Origin: Lama guanicoe
Lineage: Eukaryota
Reading direction: 5' to 3'
Assembly: GCA_013239625.1 (NCBI GenBank)
Contig: MU053881.1
Location: 5,105,957-5,169,956 of the forward strand
Length of the DNA: 64,000 bases
Shown here in pieces: positions 24,580 to 36,129 of this stretch. Positions within the stretch are counted from its first letter, which is position 1, and every line of letters starts with the position of its first letter. The position numbers and the translations under genes are program-made. The notes beneath the pieces are model-generated. The model was not told the origin of the DNA. It did no database searches and worked only from the letters and a program-made list of their open reading frames with translations.

Positions 24580-24908
24580 CAGGGCTTGGCAAAACATTTC
24601 CTGTAAAGGGACAGAGGTAAATATTTTAGGCTTTGTGAGCCAGACAGGGGTAGAGCTACTTACCTCCCATTGTAATGTGAAACCAGCCACAGAGATTACT
24701 ACCAATGGGTATGGCTGAGTCTTAATAAAACTTTATTTATAAACACTGAAATCTGAATTTCATAGAATTTTCACATGTCACAATAATATTCTTCTTTTGA
24801 ATTTTCCCCCAACCACTTAAAATATAAAAACCATTCTTAGCTTGTGAGTTGTAAAAAGAGAGGGAGTTGGCTAGATTTGGCTCATGGGCTGTAGTTTGTT
24901 GACCCCTG
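24580..24908. mobile_element. MER58B-like hAT-Charlie DNA transposon, inserted in a MIR
   Basis: Termini cagggcttggcaaa and tttgttgacccctg are imperfect inverted repeats; internal ctgtaaagggacagaggtaaatattttaggctttg is typical of MER58. MIR-like sequence lies on both sides. Confidence 0.8.
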
Positions 24909-27900
24909 TCTCTGCCCTTCACATCAGCCCTACAAGATAGATCCTAGTATTATCCTCATTTTCTACACGAGGAAACTGAGTCTCAGAGAGGTAAAGTAAC
25001 TTGTCCAAGGACACACAGCTGGTGAGTGGTCAAGCTGGGATTCTGACCCAGACATTCTTAGCTCCGTCATTTGCTTTTATCAAGTTCCCCTAAATACAAT
25101 AAATATGATTTATCCCAAATATGGTTGCCTTTTAATATATTTAGCTTTCCCCCTGATTACAAAAGTTCCACATCTGTGCTGAAAAATCCAATCATACAGA
25201 GTTACAAAGAAGAAAATGAAAGTAACCCCAGCCTACAGAGATAAACACTTGCAAGTCTGCACACACAGCTCCCACAATGCTGACTGGATTTAGAATGTTC
25301 TGGACACTGTGTGACTTTGGATACATTGCCCAACCTCTCTGGGTCCTTGTTTCTCAAATGAGGGGGCTGGCTGAGGTGACGCAGCTCCACAGCCCCCGCC
25401 CCAAACCCTAGTCCTGAACATGGAGCTCTGTTTGCAAGGATTGTGTAATAGCAGCTGGTTCCGTCCTAACTGCCTGGGTGTGGAGGGTGAAGTCACCCCT
25501 TGCCAGCCCCTTAAGATGGGCCAAGTGGCTGCTGAGGCTCGCTGCCCCAAATCCCAAGCCCTGAGTGACTTCAGAGAGGAAGCAGGGACATCAGGGCCTG
25601 AGCTGGGGGTTCTAGGAGGCCCAGGCTCTCTAGGACTGACGCCAGGGACCACTCTGCCTGGTGAGCAGAGCTCCAGGTGAGCTGGGACTCAGACACTCCT
25701 GCAGAGCTGCCTGGAACGGACCTGCGGCAGGCGTGGAGGCCTTAACAGACTGGGGCTCCTACGGCGGCATGCCTGGGCCCTGCTCTGCTCTGTGTCTCCA
25801 TTAGACAGGCGTGGGTTTGGATCTGCATCTGGTGATCACCAGCCGTGTCACTTTGAGCACAGTCCCCTTTCTGAGCTGTCTCCTTGCCTGTCAAATGGGG
25901 ATAACAACCACCTCACAGGATCATTGATTCGTTCGTGAGCTGATACCTGTAATGCAGCCGGCACAGGGGAGAGGTTTCATAAATGGCCATTTCTGTCCCA
26001 GTCTCTTCTTCCTACACTTTTCAACGGCACCTTTAAAAAGTCCATCCATCAGGCCACAAATTGTGGACCTACTATGTGCCGGCCATGGCCTCTAAAATAA
26101 GTAGGGTGGAGAGGTCAAAGATGAGAAAAACAACACTCCCTGCCCTAGGAAAACTCAGGGAGGGTAAGATAAGGACCCAAGAGATGTTTACACAATCGGA
26201 AAGTTCGGACAAAGTCCTACAGGGCTCAGGGGCAGAAGCTGGAGCAACCAAAGAGGTTTCATGGAGATGGTATTTTAGCTGGGACTTGGAGGGGGAAAGC
26301 ATCTTGGCAGGGAGAGGGGGAGTAGTGGGACACAGGTGCGAGGGTAGGAAAGGATGAGAAACACGCCCAGGAGTTTGCCTAGAACACAACAGGAGAGCCC
26401 ATGAGAGCAGTGAAGGCGGGGCCAGACAGAGGGGCGGGGCCCAATGGTGGTGGGAAAGGGAGCGTTAGGAAGGGTACCAGCCATCATATAGCGCAGGGGC
26501 ATGGGAAAAGGGCTGTGGCTTCTGGAAGAGTACACGAGTGGTGGGAGCCAGCTCCCCCTCCTGAGAGCATCCCTTCCAGATGTGAACCACACCAGGTACT
26601 TCCTCACACCTGGTCTTACTTAGTCCTCGATGGCGATGAGTCCCAGTTAACAAAGGAGGAAACCAAGGCTCAGAAATGTTAAGCCACTTGCCCGGGGTCA
26701 CAGAGCAGACAGTGAGCTGGGACCACTTTGACTGTCATCTGTGGGAACGCCACCCTTTCTCCTCCTGTGACCCCAGGACAGGTCGAAAGTCGACTTTGAG
26801 GGCAGGATTCAGACAGGGACGGTAGGGTAATGCCAACTCTGGCTACACTGAGTCTCCCCACTGCCTCTAGAAGTACTTGTTTTTATCGCCATCACAAGTA
26901 GGAGGGAGTGGGGGCTCAGGAGGGGAAGTGATTACTCAAGTCCATACACTAAGGGTGAGGAATCCAGCCTAGGCCTTCTCACTGCCCCACACTGCCTCCA
27001 GGTTTGCGCCTAAGCACATCTAAAATCAGGATGAGGAAAGGCCAGGTTCTCTCCCCTGAGTCCCCATCCATTGAACGATGCTCTTGGTGCCCCTCTGTCC
27101 GACAGGCCCACAATTCCAGCCCCTTGCTTCTTCTGCAGTCACCACAGACCAGATTATGCTGAGCCTCTCTTTGGCTCCATCTCCAGCCAGAGGTAGCATC
27201 TCTGCTCCCTGGATGAGAGGCCTGGGTGGCTACAATTTGACCACCAGAGCCTCTAACCTGAGCCAATGTGCGTCGACTGGTCTTAAGGAGGGACTTCACC
27301 CTGGGCTGGACCTCTGTACGAACCACACCTACTAGTATCCACACCTACTAGCATCTTGAGGTGACCTTCTCCCCAGGTTCCGGTGCCAGCTCCTGAAACA
27401 CACAGTGGCATGATGATATAAGGGCTGCATGCTGGGAAGGGGAAAACCAAGAGACTTAGTGAATCATAACGGGAAGGGGTGGGTGGTCCCTTACACCCAT
27501 CATCTCTAACCTGGATCTCAAACCATCCGCAAAGTAGGCGGCTGGAAACGCATCGTATAGGTGCAGGCTTAGAGGCTCCGTAGAGGGAGAGATTCACCTA
27601 CGATCCCCCAGCAGCAAAATGAGAGCATGAGGGTCGAGCTATGCTCTTTCCAGAAAGGGATAAAGAAGAAAAACCCACAGAGCTCAGCAGATACCTGACT
27701 CCAGGGCCAGACTGTGTCACTACCACTGTAATAATTTGTTTAAAAAATGTGGGTAGGGGGAGGTATAATGAATGCTCTTGGTTAAAAAAAAAAAACCAGG
27801 GCAGATCGAGTTGGTATGCTGTGAAAAGTCAGCAGCTGTAACATTTTATGATTCAATGCATAAAGTATGTTGAGTTCCCCAGCTGAATAAGTAGTACAAA

Positions 27901-28180
27901 TAATTTTTTTCTTTTTTAAAAAAGATACAGGGAGGGTGTTGTCATTATCTAAGGATCTCCTTGCTGTCCTCAGTCAGTGTTCATCTGAAGGCAGAAAACA
28001 CCCTTTAAAAAAAAACACAACTCTATCTAGAATTTAGACAGAAAGTTTGAGCATATGCGAACACAGAAGCTTAGAAAGTCAAATGCAGAAGTTGCCTCTG
28101 ATGATACAATCCACAGATCAACGACGCAGGGTGGCAGTGAAATCCCCCCTCCACCCTCCCTCCCAAGGAGAGGGGAAGAA

Positions 28181-28195
28181 ACCACAGAATGTTCC
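28181..28195 (+). promoter_or_regulatory. Candidate glucocorticoid response element, about -1.35 kb from the DUSP1 TSS
   Basis: ACCACAgaaTGTTCC fits the ACAnnnTGTTC GRE geometry. The position agrees with the GR-responsive element described about 1.3 kb upstream of human DUSP1 (recalled, not aligned). Confidence 0.65.
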
Positions 28196-29353
28196 TGACT
28201 CGGCACCCCAGCCCGGTGGCGCAATGTTTATGTTTGTGTACCTAGCGCGTCGGTGCCGCAGTCACCGCCGCCCGGTAGGGCGGGGGGTGGGGGAGCGGCG
28301 AGAGTAGGGGGAGGGAAGGGGAGGGGGCGTCACTAGGGCTTGGGACGAGGGTGACCTCCTGGGGGTCTTCCCAACCCTTTGTCAAGGTCCTCGAAATCCT
28401 CTTAAAGCGCCGTAGGGCTGGATTTCGAGTTCAGCCCATACAGATGGCGAGAACCAGGGCGTGGGAGCTGAATTCGGCTCCTCTTCCCAGTTGGAGCCCC
28501 CGAGTCCAGAGCATAATAGGCGCTCAATCAGTACGTATTTGTGAAACAGAGATGGAGCAGCACGATGGGTCTTAAGTGAAAAGGATCAGAAACATGTCTG
28601 GCGGCCCCTGGGAGGCGCTGTCGAGCCGCGCTGGGGGTTGCCTCCCTAAACGCCGAACCCCACAATCCACAACCGCACCTTGCCACCCCCCCAATACTGA
28701 TTTCAGCCCCCTGACCTGCCTTCCTCGGCTCACAGTCGTCTAGGGACCACATGACAAGGAATGGTATTTTTCCGCTTGGGGTTTGATTGGAAGGCATCTT
28801 GCTTGTTAAATACACTTTATTTTCAAGTAACAAGAGAGGAAGTCTGGGGAACAGGAAGATATTTCCCTGAACACCTCCACCCCAACTCGCTCCGGCTTTT
28901 CTTGAGTGGGTAAACTCGTTAATTTTTCTCTGCCCTTCATTTCAGGCCCCTCTCTCCTCCCAACCCCAGCAGTGCAATGCTGGGCAAGTAAATCGCTTAT
29001 CCTTGGGAACCTGGTTCCTCGCCTCCTCTCTTCGGGGACAAGGAAATGAGAGCTGGGGCCCAAGCGTTTGCAAAAACGCAGGAAACCCCTTTCCGCTCGG
29101 ATCGGAGGCGGAGGGGGCGCGGGGCTGGGGCATGGTGGAGGGGGGGGGGCCGGTGGCACGCGGCCCGCTTTCCCAGCCGCTCGCACCCGGCTCGGCCCTC
29201 GACTGGCAGCGCGCCTTCCCCCTCTCCTCCCAGCTGGATCCGGAGAGTGGCGCAGGCCAGGTCCCCGGGGACGCGTCAGGCGCAGGCCGGACGGCCGGGC
29301 GGGGGCCGGGGCCCGAGCCAGAGCTCGGCCGGCGGACCCCACTCGGAGGCCGA

Positions 29354-29514
29354 TGACGTCTTCTCCGCTAGCTCCGCCGGCGCCAAGCCGGGCAGGGCGG
29401 GTGACGTCACCACACCGGTCACGTGACCGTCATTCAAACAAACAAACCCCCTTCCCCCAACGCGCGCGAGCGCGCGCCCCGCCCCGCCCCGCCTTCCGAG
29501 AAGCTACATATAAA
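29354..29514 (+). promoter_or_regulatory. DUSP1: DUSP1 proximal promoter: CRE-like, CRE, E-box, GC boxes, TATA
   Basis: TGACGTCT 29354-29361; TGACGTCA 29402-29409; CACGTG inside CGGTCACGTGACCG 29416-29429; repeated CCCCG/Sp1 boxes 29477-29493; TATAAA 29509-29514. This matches the known MKP-1 promoter layout. Confidence 0.9.
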
Positions 29515-29534
29515 CGCGCTCCCTGGGGCCAGGC

Positions 29535-29779
29535 TCGCTGCGAAGGACGTTGGGGCTGTAGTTGCGATCAGGGCCGGAGGGACAGTCGGGGGAACAGCAA
29601 GGAAGCCGAGGTGGTCGATAGTCCAGCACGAAGACCCCTCGCTCAGTCCAAAGGCAGTTCGGGGTTTGGCGCAAAGAAAACCAAGGTCAGGCTTTTCCTC
29701 GAAAGCCGTCTCTCTGCCCTTGACTTCCGAGGACAAAGAACACAGCAGGACTTGCACTCTGGGGGCGCTGGGACCGGCC
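29535..29779 (+). other. DUSP1: DUSP1 5'UTR (TSS approximate)
   Basis: Begins about 25 nt after TATA at tcgctgcgaaggac, similar to the human mRNA 5' end as recalled; no upstream AUG. Confidence 0.7.
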
Positions 29780-30146
29780 ATGGTCATGGAAGTGGGCTCC
29801 CTGGACGCCGGAGGCCTGCGGACGCTGCTGCGGGAGCGCGCGGCGCAGTGCCTGCTACTGGACTGTCGTTCCTTCTTCGCTTTCAACGCCGGCCACATCG
29901 CCGGTTCCGTCAACGTGCGCTTCAGCACCATCGTGCGGCGCCGGGCCAAGGGCGCCATGGGTCTGGAGCACATCGTGCCCAACGCGGAGCTGCGCGGCCG
30001 CCTGCTGGCCGGCGCCTACCACGCCGTGGTGCTGCTGGACGAGCGCAGCGCCGCTCTGGACGGCGCCAAGCGCGACGGCACCCTGGCCCTGGCCGCCGGC
30101 GCGCTCTGCCGCGAGGCGCGCGGCGCGCAAGTCTTCTTGCTCAAAG
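29780..30146 (+). CDS. DUSP1: DUSP1/MKP-1 exon 1 (rhodanese/CH2 MAPK-binding domain)
   Basis: gccATGG Kozak; MVMEVGSLDAGGLRTLLRERAAQCLLLDCRSFFAFNAGHIAGSVNVRFSTIVRRRAKG..., with KIM RRR; donor G|gtac; 367 nt. Confidence 0.98.
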
Positions 30147-30421
30147 GTACGCCCTCGGGGATGCCCAGCGGCGGGCCGCACGCCCCCTACCGCTTTGCCC
30201 CGGGACCCCAGTTTCCCAGCTCCTGGCGGAGCTGCCCCACCTGGAGCGCTTGGGCGCCTAAGTCGCATTGTGGGGACTTGCTGGCTTTGTTTGGCTGTAG
30301 GAACAAAGACTCGCCTGGGCCTCTCCGGGGTAAACTTCCAGACGTGGTGGATGGGGAAGTTGTATCAAGGTGCCCTGTCTCGGCGGTACTAATGGAAAAA
30401 AATGTCTCTTTGTATTCCCAG

Positions 30422-30567
30422 GAGGATATGAAGCTTTTTCGGCTTCCTGCCCGGAGCTGTGCAGCAAACAGTCGACCCCCATGGGGCTCAGCCTTCCCTT
30501 GAGTACCAGTGTCCCTGACAGCGCTGAATCGGGGTGCAGTTCCTGCAGCACCCCACTCTACGATCAG
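30422..30567 (+). CDS. DUSP1: DUSP1 exon 2
   Basis: Acceptor ttcccag|, GYEAFSASCPELCSKQSTPMGLSLPLSTSVPDSAESGCSSCSTPLYDQ, donor |gttagt; 146 nt, frame consistent. Confidence 0.98.
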
Positions 30568-30935
30568 GTTAGTAGGGGGCCCCGCCAGAGGGGAGAAGGA
30601 AAAGCTGGCAAAAGTGGAAGAGCAGCGCTAGTGAGGATGTAGAAAGTGACTTGCAGCTTTATTTATAACAGGGGACACAGGGATATTATTTACCCCGTCG
30701 TTAAGCCATACCATGGAGCTGAACCTCTAACTGTTGGCACTATAGAAATGAACTTGTTAATGGGTTTAATGGGCAAATGGGTTTAATCCCCTAATTTATT
30801 TATACTCCAACAACAGTGCTGAAAAGTTCACCCAATATTGAAACTGACTTTTCCGGCAGGGCGTCTTTGTGGGTGTGGGCACCAGCATTGATACTGAACA
30901 AAGCTTGACAAGTGTTGGCTATTTCTGGATTTCAG

Positions 30936-31155
30936 GGTGGCCCAGTGGAGATCCTGCCCTTCCTGTACCTGGGCAGTGCCTATCATGCCTCCCGCAAGGA
31001 TATGCTGGACGCCTTGGGCATCACTGCCTTGATCAACGTCTCGGCCAACTGTCCCAACCATTTTGAGGGTCACTACCAGTACAAGAGCATCCCTGTGGAG
31101 GACAACCACAAAGCGGACATCAGCTCCTGGTTCAACGAGGCCATCGACTTCATAG
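30936..31155 (+). CDS. DUSP1: DUSP1 exon 3 (catalytic domain, N-terminal part)
   Basis: Acceptor tttcag|, GGPVEILPFLYLGSAYHASRKDMLDALGITALINVSANCPNHFEGHYQYKSIPVEDNHKADISSWFNEAIDFI, donor |gtaaat; 220 nt. Confidence 0.98.
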
Positions 31156-31575
31156 GTAAATGGAACGGATGCCTGGGACTCCTGCCTCACTCCCTCTGTT
31201 TTAGCCACTGAGCCTAAAGTCTTGTGACTTGAGTGACATTCTTTTACAGCTTTCCTGTAGACATTAATATCAGCCTGGTGTGGGTAGCATCAGTATAGAT
31301 TTGATGTCCCACTTTACATACTAGCAAGCCACATCTTAGAATGTTGCATTGATTTGTCCAACATTGATCTTAGTGGGGATGCCTGATCCGGGTTTAAATC
31401 CCCAGCTGTTCTTTGCACGGTGGCCACGTTGCCTCCACAGTATCTATGTGATGGCATGAGGTGACACTGACCATCTCTGGACAGGACACACATGGCATTT
31501 CTTAAGACACCCTGTGCCTGGGGTTGGGGTCGTTCTCCTGGACTCTCGAGTAACCAGCTGCCCTTTGTTTCCCAG

Positions 31576-31946
31576 ACTCCATCAAGAATGCCGGTGGAAG
31601 GGTATTTGTCCACTGCCAGGCAGGCATTTCCCGATCAGCCACCATCTGCCTTGCGTACCTCATGAGGACTAACCGAGTCAAGCTGGACGAGGCCTTTGAG
31701 TTTGTGAAGCAGAGGAGAAGCATCATCTCCCCCAACTTCAGCTTCATGGGCCAGCTGCTGCAGTTTGAGTCCCAGGTCCTGGCCCCACACTGCTCAGCAG
31801 AGGCCGGGAGCCCCGCCATGGCTGTGCTCGACCGCGGCGCCTCCACCACCACTGTCTTCAACTTCCCCGTCTCCATCCCCGTCCACCCCACGAACAGTGC
31901 GCTGAGCTACCTTCAGAGCCCCATCACGACCTCTCCTAGCTGCTGA
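31576..31946 (+). CDS. DUSP1: DUSP1 exon 4 coding part (active site, C-terminal tail)
   Basis: Acceptor ttcccag|; VHCQAGISRS with catalytic Cys codon 258 at 31614-31616; FNFP docking motif; ends ...QSPITTSPSC-TGA. Total CDS 1104 nt, 367 aa. Confidence 0.98.
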
Positions 31947-32640
31947 AGGGCCACGGGAGGTGATCTTCACAACCCGCCGGGACTCCAGGCTCCTTGAAAG
32001 GAAAAAATGCAATAACTCCAGGGAAGGGGGCTCGCGAGGACTGGCCCTTATTTATTTAACTTCACCCGAGTTTCCACTGGGTTCCTGAGCAGTCGTAGTG
32101 ATGACTTAGCGCCAAGACATTTGCTGAACTCAGCACATCCGGGACCAACATACAGTGGGTACATCAAGTCTCTCTGAGAAAAAGGGGCAGGAGAGAGAGA
32201 ACTCCGTGTGAGAGCCGGTTTCCTTTTGCCTATCCCTGTTTTTTGAAGGAACTTTCCATGCTTGACATGCCTACCAGTGTTACCATTCCTGACGATGCAT
32301 ATACATATGAGAATATACCTTATTTTATTTATTTTTGTGTAGGTCGTCTGCCTTCACAAACGTCAGTGTCTACTCCCAGAAGAACCAAATACCTCAATTT
32401 TTGTGTTTTTTGAGTACTGTAATATCCTGTACATATGTCCGAAGCAGGTTTGTTTTCAGCACTGGAGAACACCAGTGTTGGGTTTTGTTTTGTTTTTTAA
32501 GTTGCCAACAGTTGTATGTTTGCTGATTATTTATGACCTCAAATAATATATTTCTTCTTCTAAGAAGACATTTTGTTACTTACATAAGGATGACTTTTTT
32601 ATACAACAGAATAAATTATGGTCTTTCTATTGAAATCTCA
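31947..32640 (+). promoter_or_regulatory. DUSP1: DUSP1 3'UTR with AU-rich elements
   Basis: TTATTTATTTAA at about 32048-32059, ATTTA/U-rich tract at about 32320-32336, TTATTTATG at about 32527-32535; ends after the poly(A) signal. Confidence 0.85.
32610..32615 (+). terminator. DUSP1: DUSP1 polyadenylation signal AATAAA
   Basis: AATAAA followed about 25 nt later by a GU/U-rich downstream element (gtgctttatttcttggg). Confidence 0.85.
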
Positions 32641-35600
32641 GTGCTTTATTTCTTGGGCAGTCCCACTGATCCTTCACCCATCACTGAAACAGGGGAGGAC
32701 AAGGGTGTCCAGAATGTATTGGCATCTGATCCCATACTCCTTGGTGGCCCCTCGGTCCCCCAAGATGGCTGGGTTGTAAGGAAGGTAGAGAAGTGTGATC
32801 TATCATAAAACAAAACCAAACCAAAAAAATACAAGTGCTGGAGCTGAAATCTTACTGTTGGGTCCAGGTGTATCTCCCAATATGTCAACCAGTGAGCTCG
32901 AGTGTCTGCAGAGCCAAAGCTAGGAAGAAATGCCCACTTGCTTCATTGCCTTTTTCATTTGCTGTCTTCCCCAGGATAATGTAAAGCCTTCCCTCTCTGA
33001 GGTGTGCTAGAGTGATGAGGGTGATGGTTTCCCAACACATTTGCCACAAATGTGTCTCTACTATGTGTAAGGCAGAGTGTGCTACCTGCCCTCAGAACAG
33101 CTCAGCGAGATCTGCAAATGAAGATGCTGCGACCAGCATAGCTAAGCGGCAGGAGTGGGGAAACTGGGTCCTATTCCCTTATCTGTTTGGTCTCCTAATA
33201 CCATGGGCTTTGTGCTTTATCACTTGCTTCTCACATGCTCTTTTTTTTTTTTTGTCTTTGAAAGACCTTTATTTTTGTGAAAAGAAATACTAAGCACCAT
33301 AAGCAAGTACAAAGTAGACAAATCACTTAATCCCTGCCCCTTAGCCTGACCATAACTACTGTTTTGGAGCACCTTCCCTTGGGCATCTCTGCATATGTGC
33401 ACAGCATTTGTGGTGGCTGCCTCCTTCAGGTCACTTGCAGCCCTGATTTCATTTTTTTTTTTTGAAGAAGGTAGGCAATTAAATCTGACTTGCTCTAGGG
33501 CAGTATTCTGAATTTTTACTCTGCCTTGCCAAACAGGTCAGAACAGAAGGTGTAACTGACTACCAACCTGTAATCCAACCTTTACTGTTGAATTAAATAA
33601 CAGTGAAGTTCCTGGGCTGCTGGCCCCTTAGCTCTTGCACTCCCTTGCTTGCTTCTGGACAAAGTGCTGTGGGAAGCAGAAAAGCAAGCATCGAACTTTA
33701 CTTCTCCAGGGCTGTCCTGAATAGCGGTTCTGGTCCAGCCCCATTGTTCAAGGCCTTGAAACAGAATCGGCGTCCTTGACATTTCCCCGCTGGTCCACCA
33801 TCTGCCACCTGACTCCCAGGGCCTGAAAGATCCCTGTGTTCTATGTTCTAAGAACTTAACCCAGGGCTGGCAAGTTCATTTCCTCTGCTGGGCTTCTGAT
33901 TACAAGTGTGTTCACGCCTTTCAAAAACCATACCCAGTGTTTTTTATCAAACCCCAGAAATTATCTATTGCAAGTATCTCCCTTCGTGGAAAGGTACCAG
34001 TGACTTCAAGTCCGTGGCAGATGCCATGGGTGACTTCCCCGTGGGCTCGGGCCATCACTTTCTGCTTGGCAGGCCCTGGCTGAACCAAAATTAATCTCCA
34101 TTGTGATCCACGCAGTGGAAAAATACAGCAGCTGCCTAAGGGAGCCAACAGTGAAAACAATTCACTCACTTGTCCCAGCACAAGCCACTTAACCTCCCGC
34201 CGGCCCAGGAGAGCCAGGGTGATAACCTCTCCTCTCCATGGATCCAATTGCTGGTCTTCAGGCCCTCCAGAAAATGTCACTTTTGGCCTGAGACTACTTT
34301 TCTTAGGAAGTAGAAAATGTACCTTGAGATGAGAAGACGTTTAAACTATTAAAATATTTGTTCCTTCAGTTAGAAGCTTGACAACTCAGTCATTTAATAC
34401 TGATAATGTAATTACAGCTGTTTTAGAACTAGTGCCCTGTGCCAGCCACTGGACCAACTGCTTTCCATAGGATCAATTTCAACCTTTGAAACAACACCCA
34501 TTTTACAGAGGAGGAAACTGAGGCCCAGAGAGGTAAAGCAACAGCCGTCTAATTGCAGCCCAAGGTCATACAGATACAGCAGGTAAACAGCATTGCAGAG
34601 ATGGCAACCTGGGTCTGTGAGAAGATGGGGGACCGAAGCCCTAATTCAGTCCAGAAGACAGCTTGTGGGAGAGATGAGTTTGGTAGCCAACCAGATGTCA
34701 CCACGTTTTTATGGGTTTTACCCCATATCAGGGTGGAAAAGCTATTTGTCCCTTTGCGCCTCACTTTCCTCTTCTGTAAAATAAAGATAATAAGACCTGC
34801 TTCACTTGTGAGGAGGAAAGGGGCTCATGAATGGAAAAGTTCCTGGCAGGTTGTGGCCCTGAAGAAACATTGAGATTTCTTTCCCCTCTCCCAATGACCT
34901 CTCTTGGGTCTCAGGTTTCCAACCCATAAAAATCACCAGTTTGCACTGGATCTAATGGGTAAGCTTCCTCCCGGCCCTCTAATTCTAGGATGTACAAAAT
35001 GCATCAATCCATACTTTATGCTTTTCTGTGGTTTCCAGGCACCCGTTATTCCATTAGGATACTTCCAACCCCAAAGCCTTCCCCTGCATCCTCTCCTTTC
35101 TTTGGAACTTTGCGAATCGCATCTAATTTGCCTCGGACTTGCAGCCTCCGGCGTCCACTTCCCTCCCTCTCTCACCTAGCCCCTGAAGGATGACATCATG
35201 GCGTGTACACCTTTAAGATTATATAAATCTGTGATCAAAAAGTGGCCTCCATTCCCATGGAAACGCGGAGGAGTTTCCCTTTTGTGAGGAAAGCTGTCAT
35301 GTCACTTCCTGCTGCTGACAAATCAGTTTAGGAGATTAAAATAAAGGGGGGGGCAGGGTGCGGGAGGCGGCCTCTGAGAACTGCTGGCTCCGGTGGTTTC
35401 TGGTTGCCATACACAGAGGCAAACAAAGCCGAGGCCACGCGGGGTGGCCCCGCCCAGCGCCAGGCTCCGAGCTCAGGTTTCCCACACCTCACTGGGTGGA
35501 TCCAGGTCACCTGGGGCTGTTTTTCTCCGCAGGTTGCATTCTGGGGAGCAGGTGGGAGGGGCTGCCCACTTTTAGGGACTTTCCTCAGGGCTCTGCAGAA

Positions 35601-36129
35601 CAAATCTGTTGGAGAACAGCTTCTGTGTCCAGCGAAGCCTCTGCTCTCTTTTATCAACTGGGAAGATGTCTTCATCCGCCCGAGAACAAAGGGTCTGCAC
35701 GTTACTAGTGCCACTGTGCGCACAACTGCGCTCTGCTAAGGGAAATACGGTAGAACCATTTTTTTCTTGACTGTGGCTTTTAGGCTAAGCAACAGTCCAT
35801 TCATTCATTCATTCAACAAACATTTATTGACTCTATAGACCCAGGGATGCTTCGGTGTTAGACAAAGTTTCTACTCTCAAGCAGCTAATAATGGTGGTGT
35901 TGGGGTGTGTAAGCAAATAAGATAATTAAGAAACAAGATAAGGATGAAGGCTCCGTAGGTGGGATATTAAAAGGAGGTGGGGGGTGGGGGGAGCTCATTT
36001 AGATTTTGGTGGTCACAGAGGCAAAGCTAAGACCTGAATGATACAACCCAGTTCTCCATTTGAGAGGTAAGAAGGGAAGAGGGTTCCAGGCCAGGAGGGA
36101 AGTAGAGACCTGACGTCTGAGAGGGATCT

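Larger units (their letters stand above)
28990..30300. promoter_or_regulatory. DUSP1: CpG island over the DUSP1 promoter and exon 1
   Basis: Very high GC and CpG density, visible directly; edges approximate. Confidence 0.9.

Noticed and set aside
26786..26797. 12-bp palindrome aaagtcgacttt
   Set aside because: Palindromes of this length are expected by chance in 64 kb; no supporting context.
29434..29982. 182-aa antisense ORF (and 31502..31891)
   Set aside because: Shadow ORFs on the reverse strand of GC3-rich coding exons.
29068..30261. 397-aa + strand ORF overlapping DUSP1 in another frame
   Set aside because: Non-ATG start upstream of the TATA box; R/G/A/P-rich composition typical of stop-poor CpG islands; no recognisable domain.
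29423..30502. 359-aa ORF as the real DUSP1 protein
   Set aside because: It starts at a GTG upstream of the TSS and reads through intron 1. The true CDS begins at ATG 29780 and splices at 30146.
30568..30935. p53 response element in intron 2
   Set aside because: Only isolated imperfect half-sites (e.g. gaacttgtta); I could not identify a paired RRRCWWGYYY element by eye.
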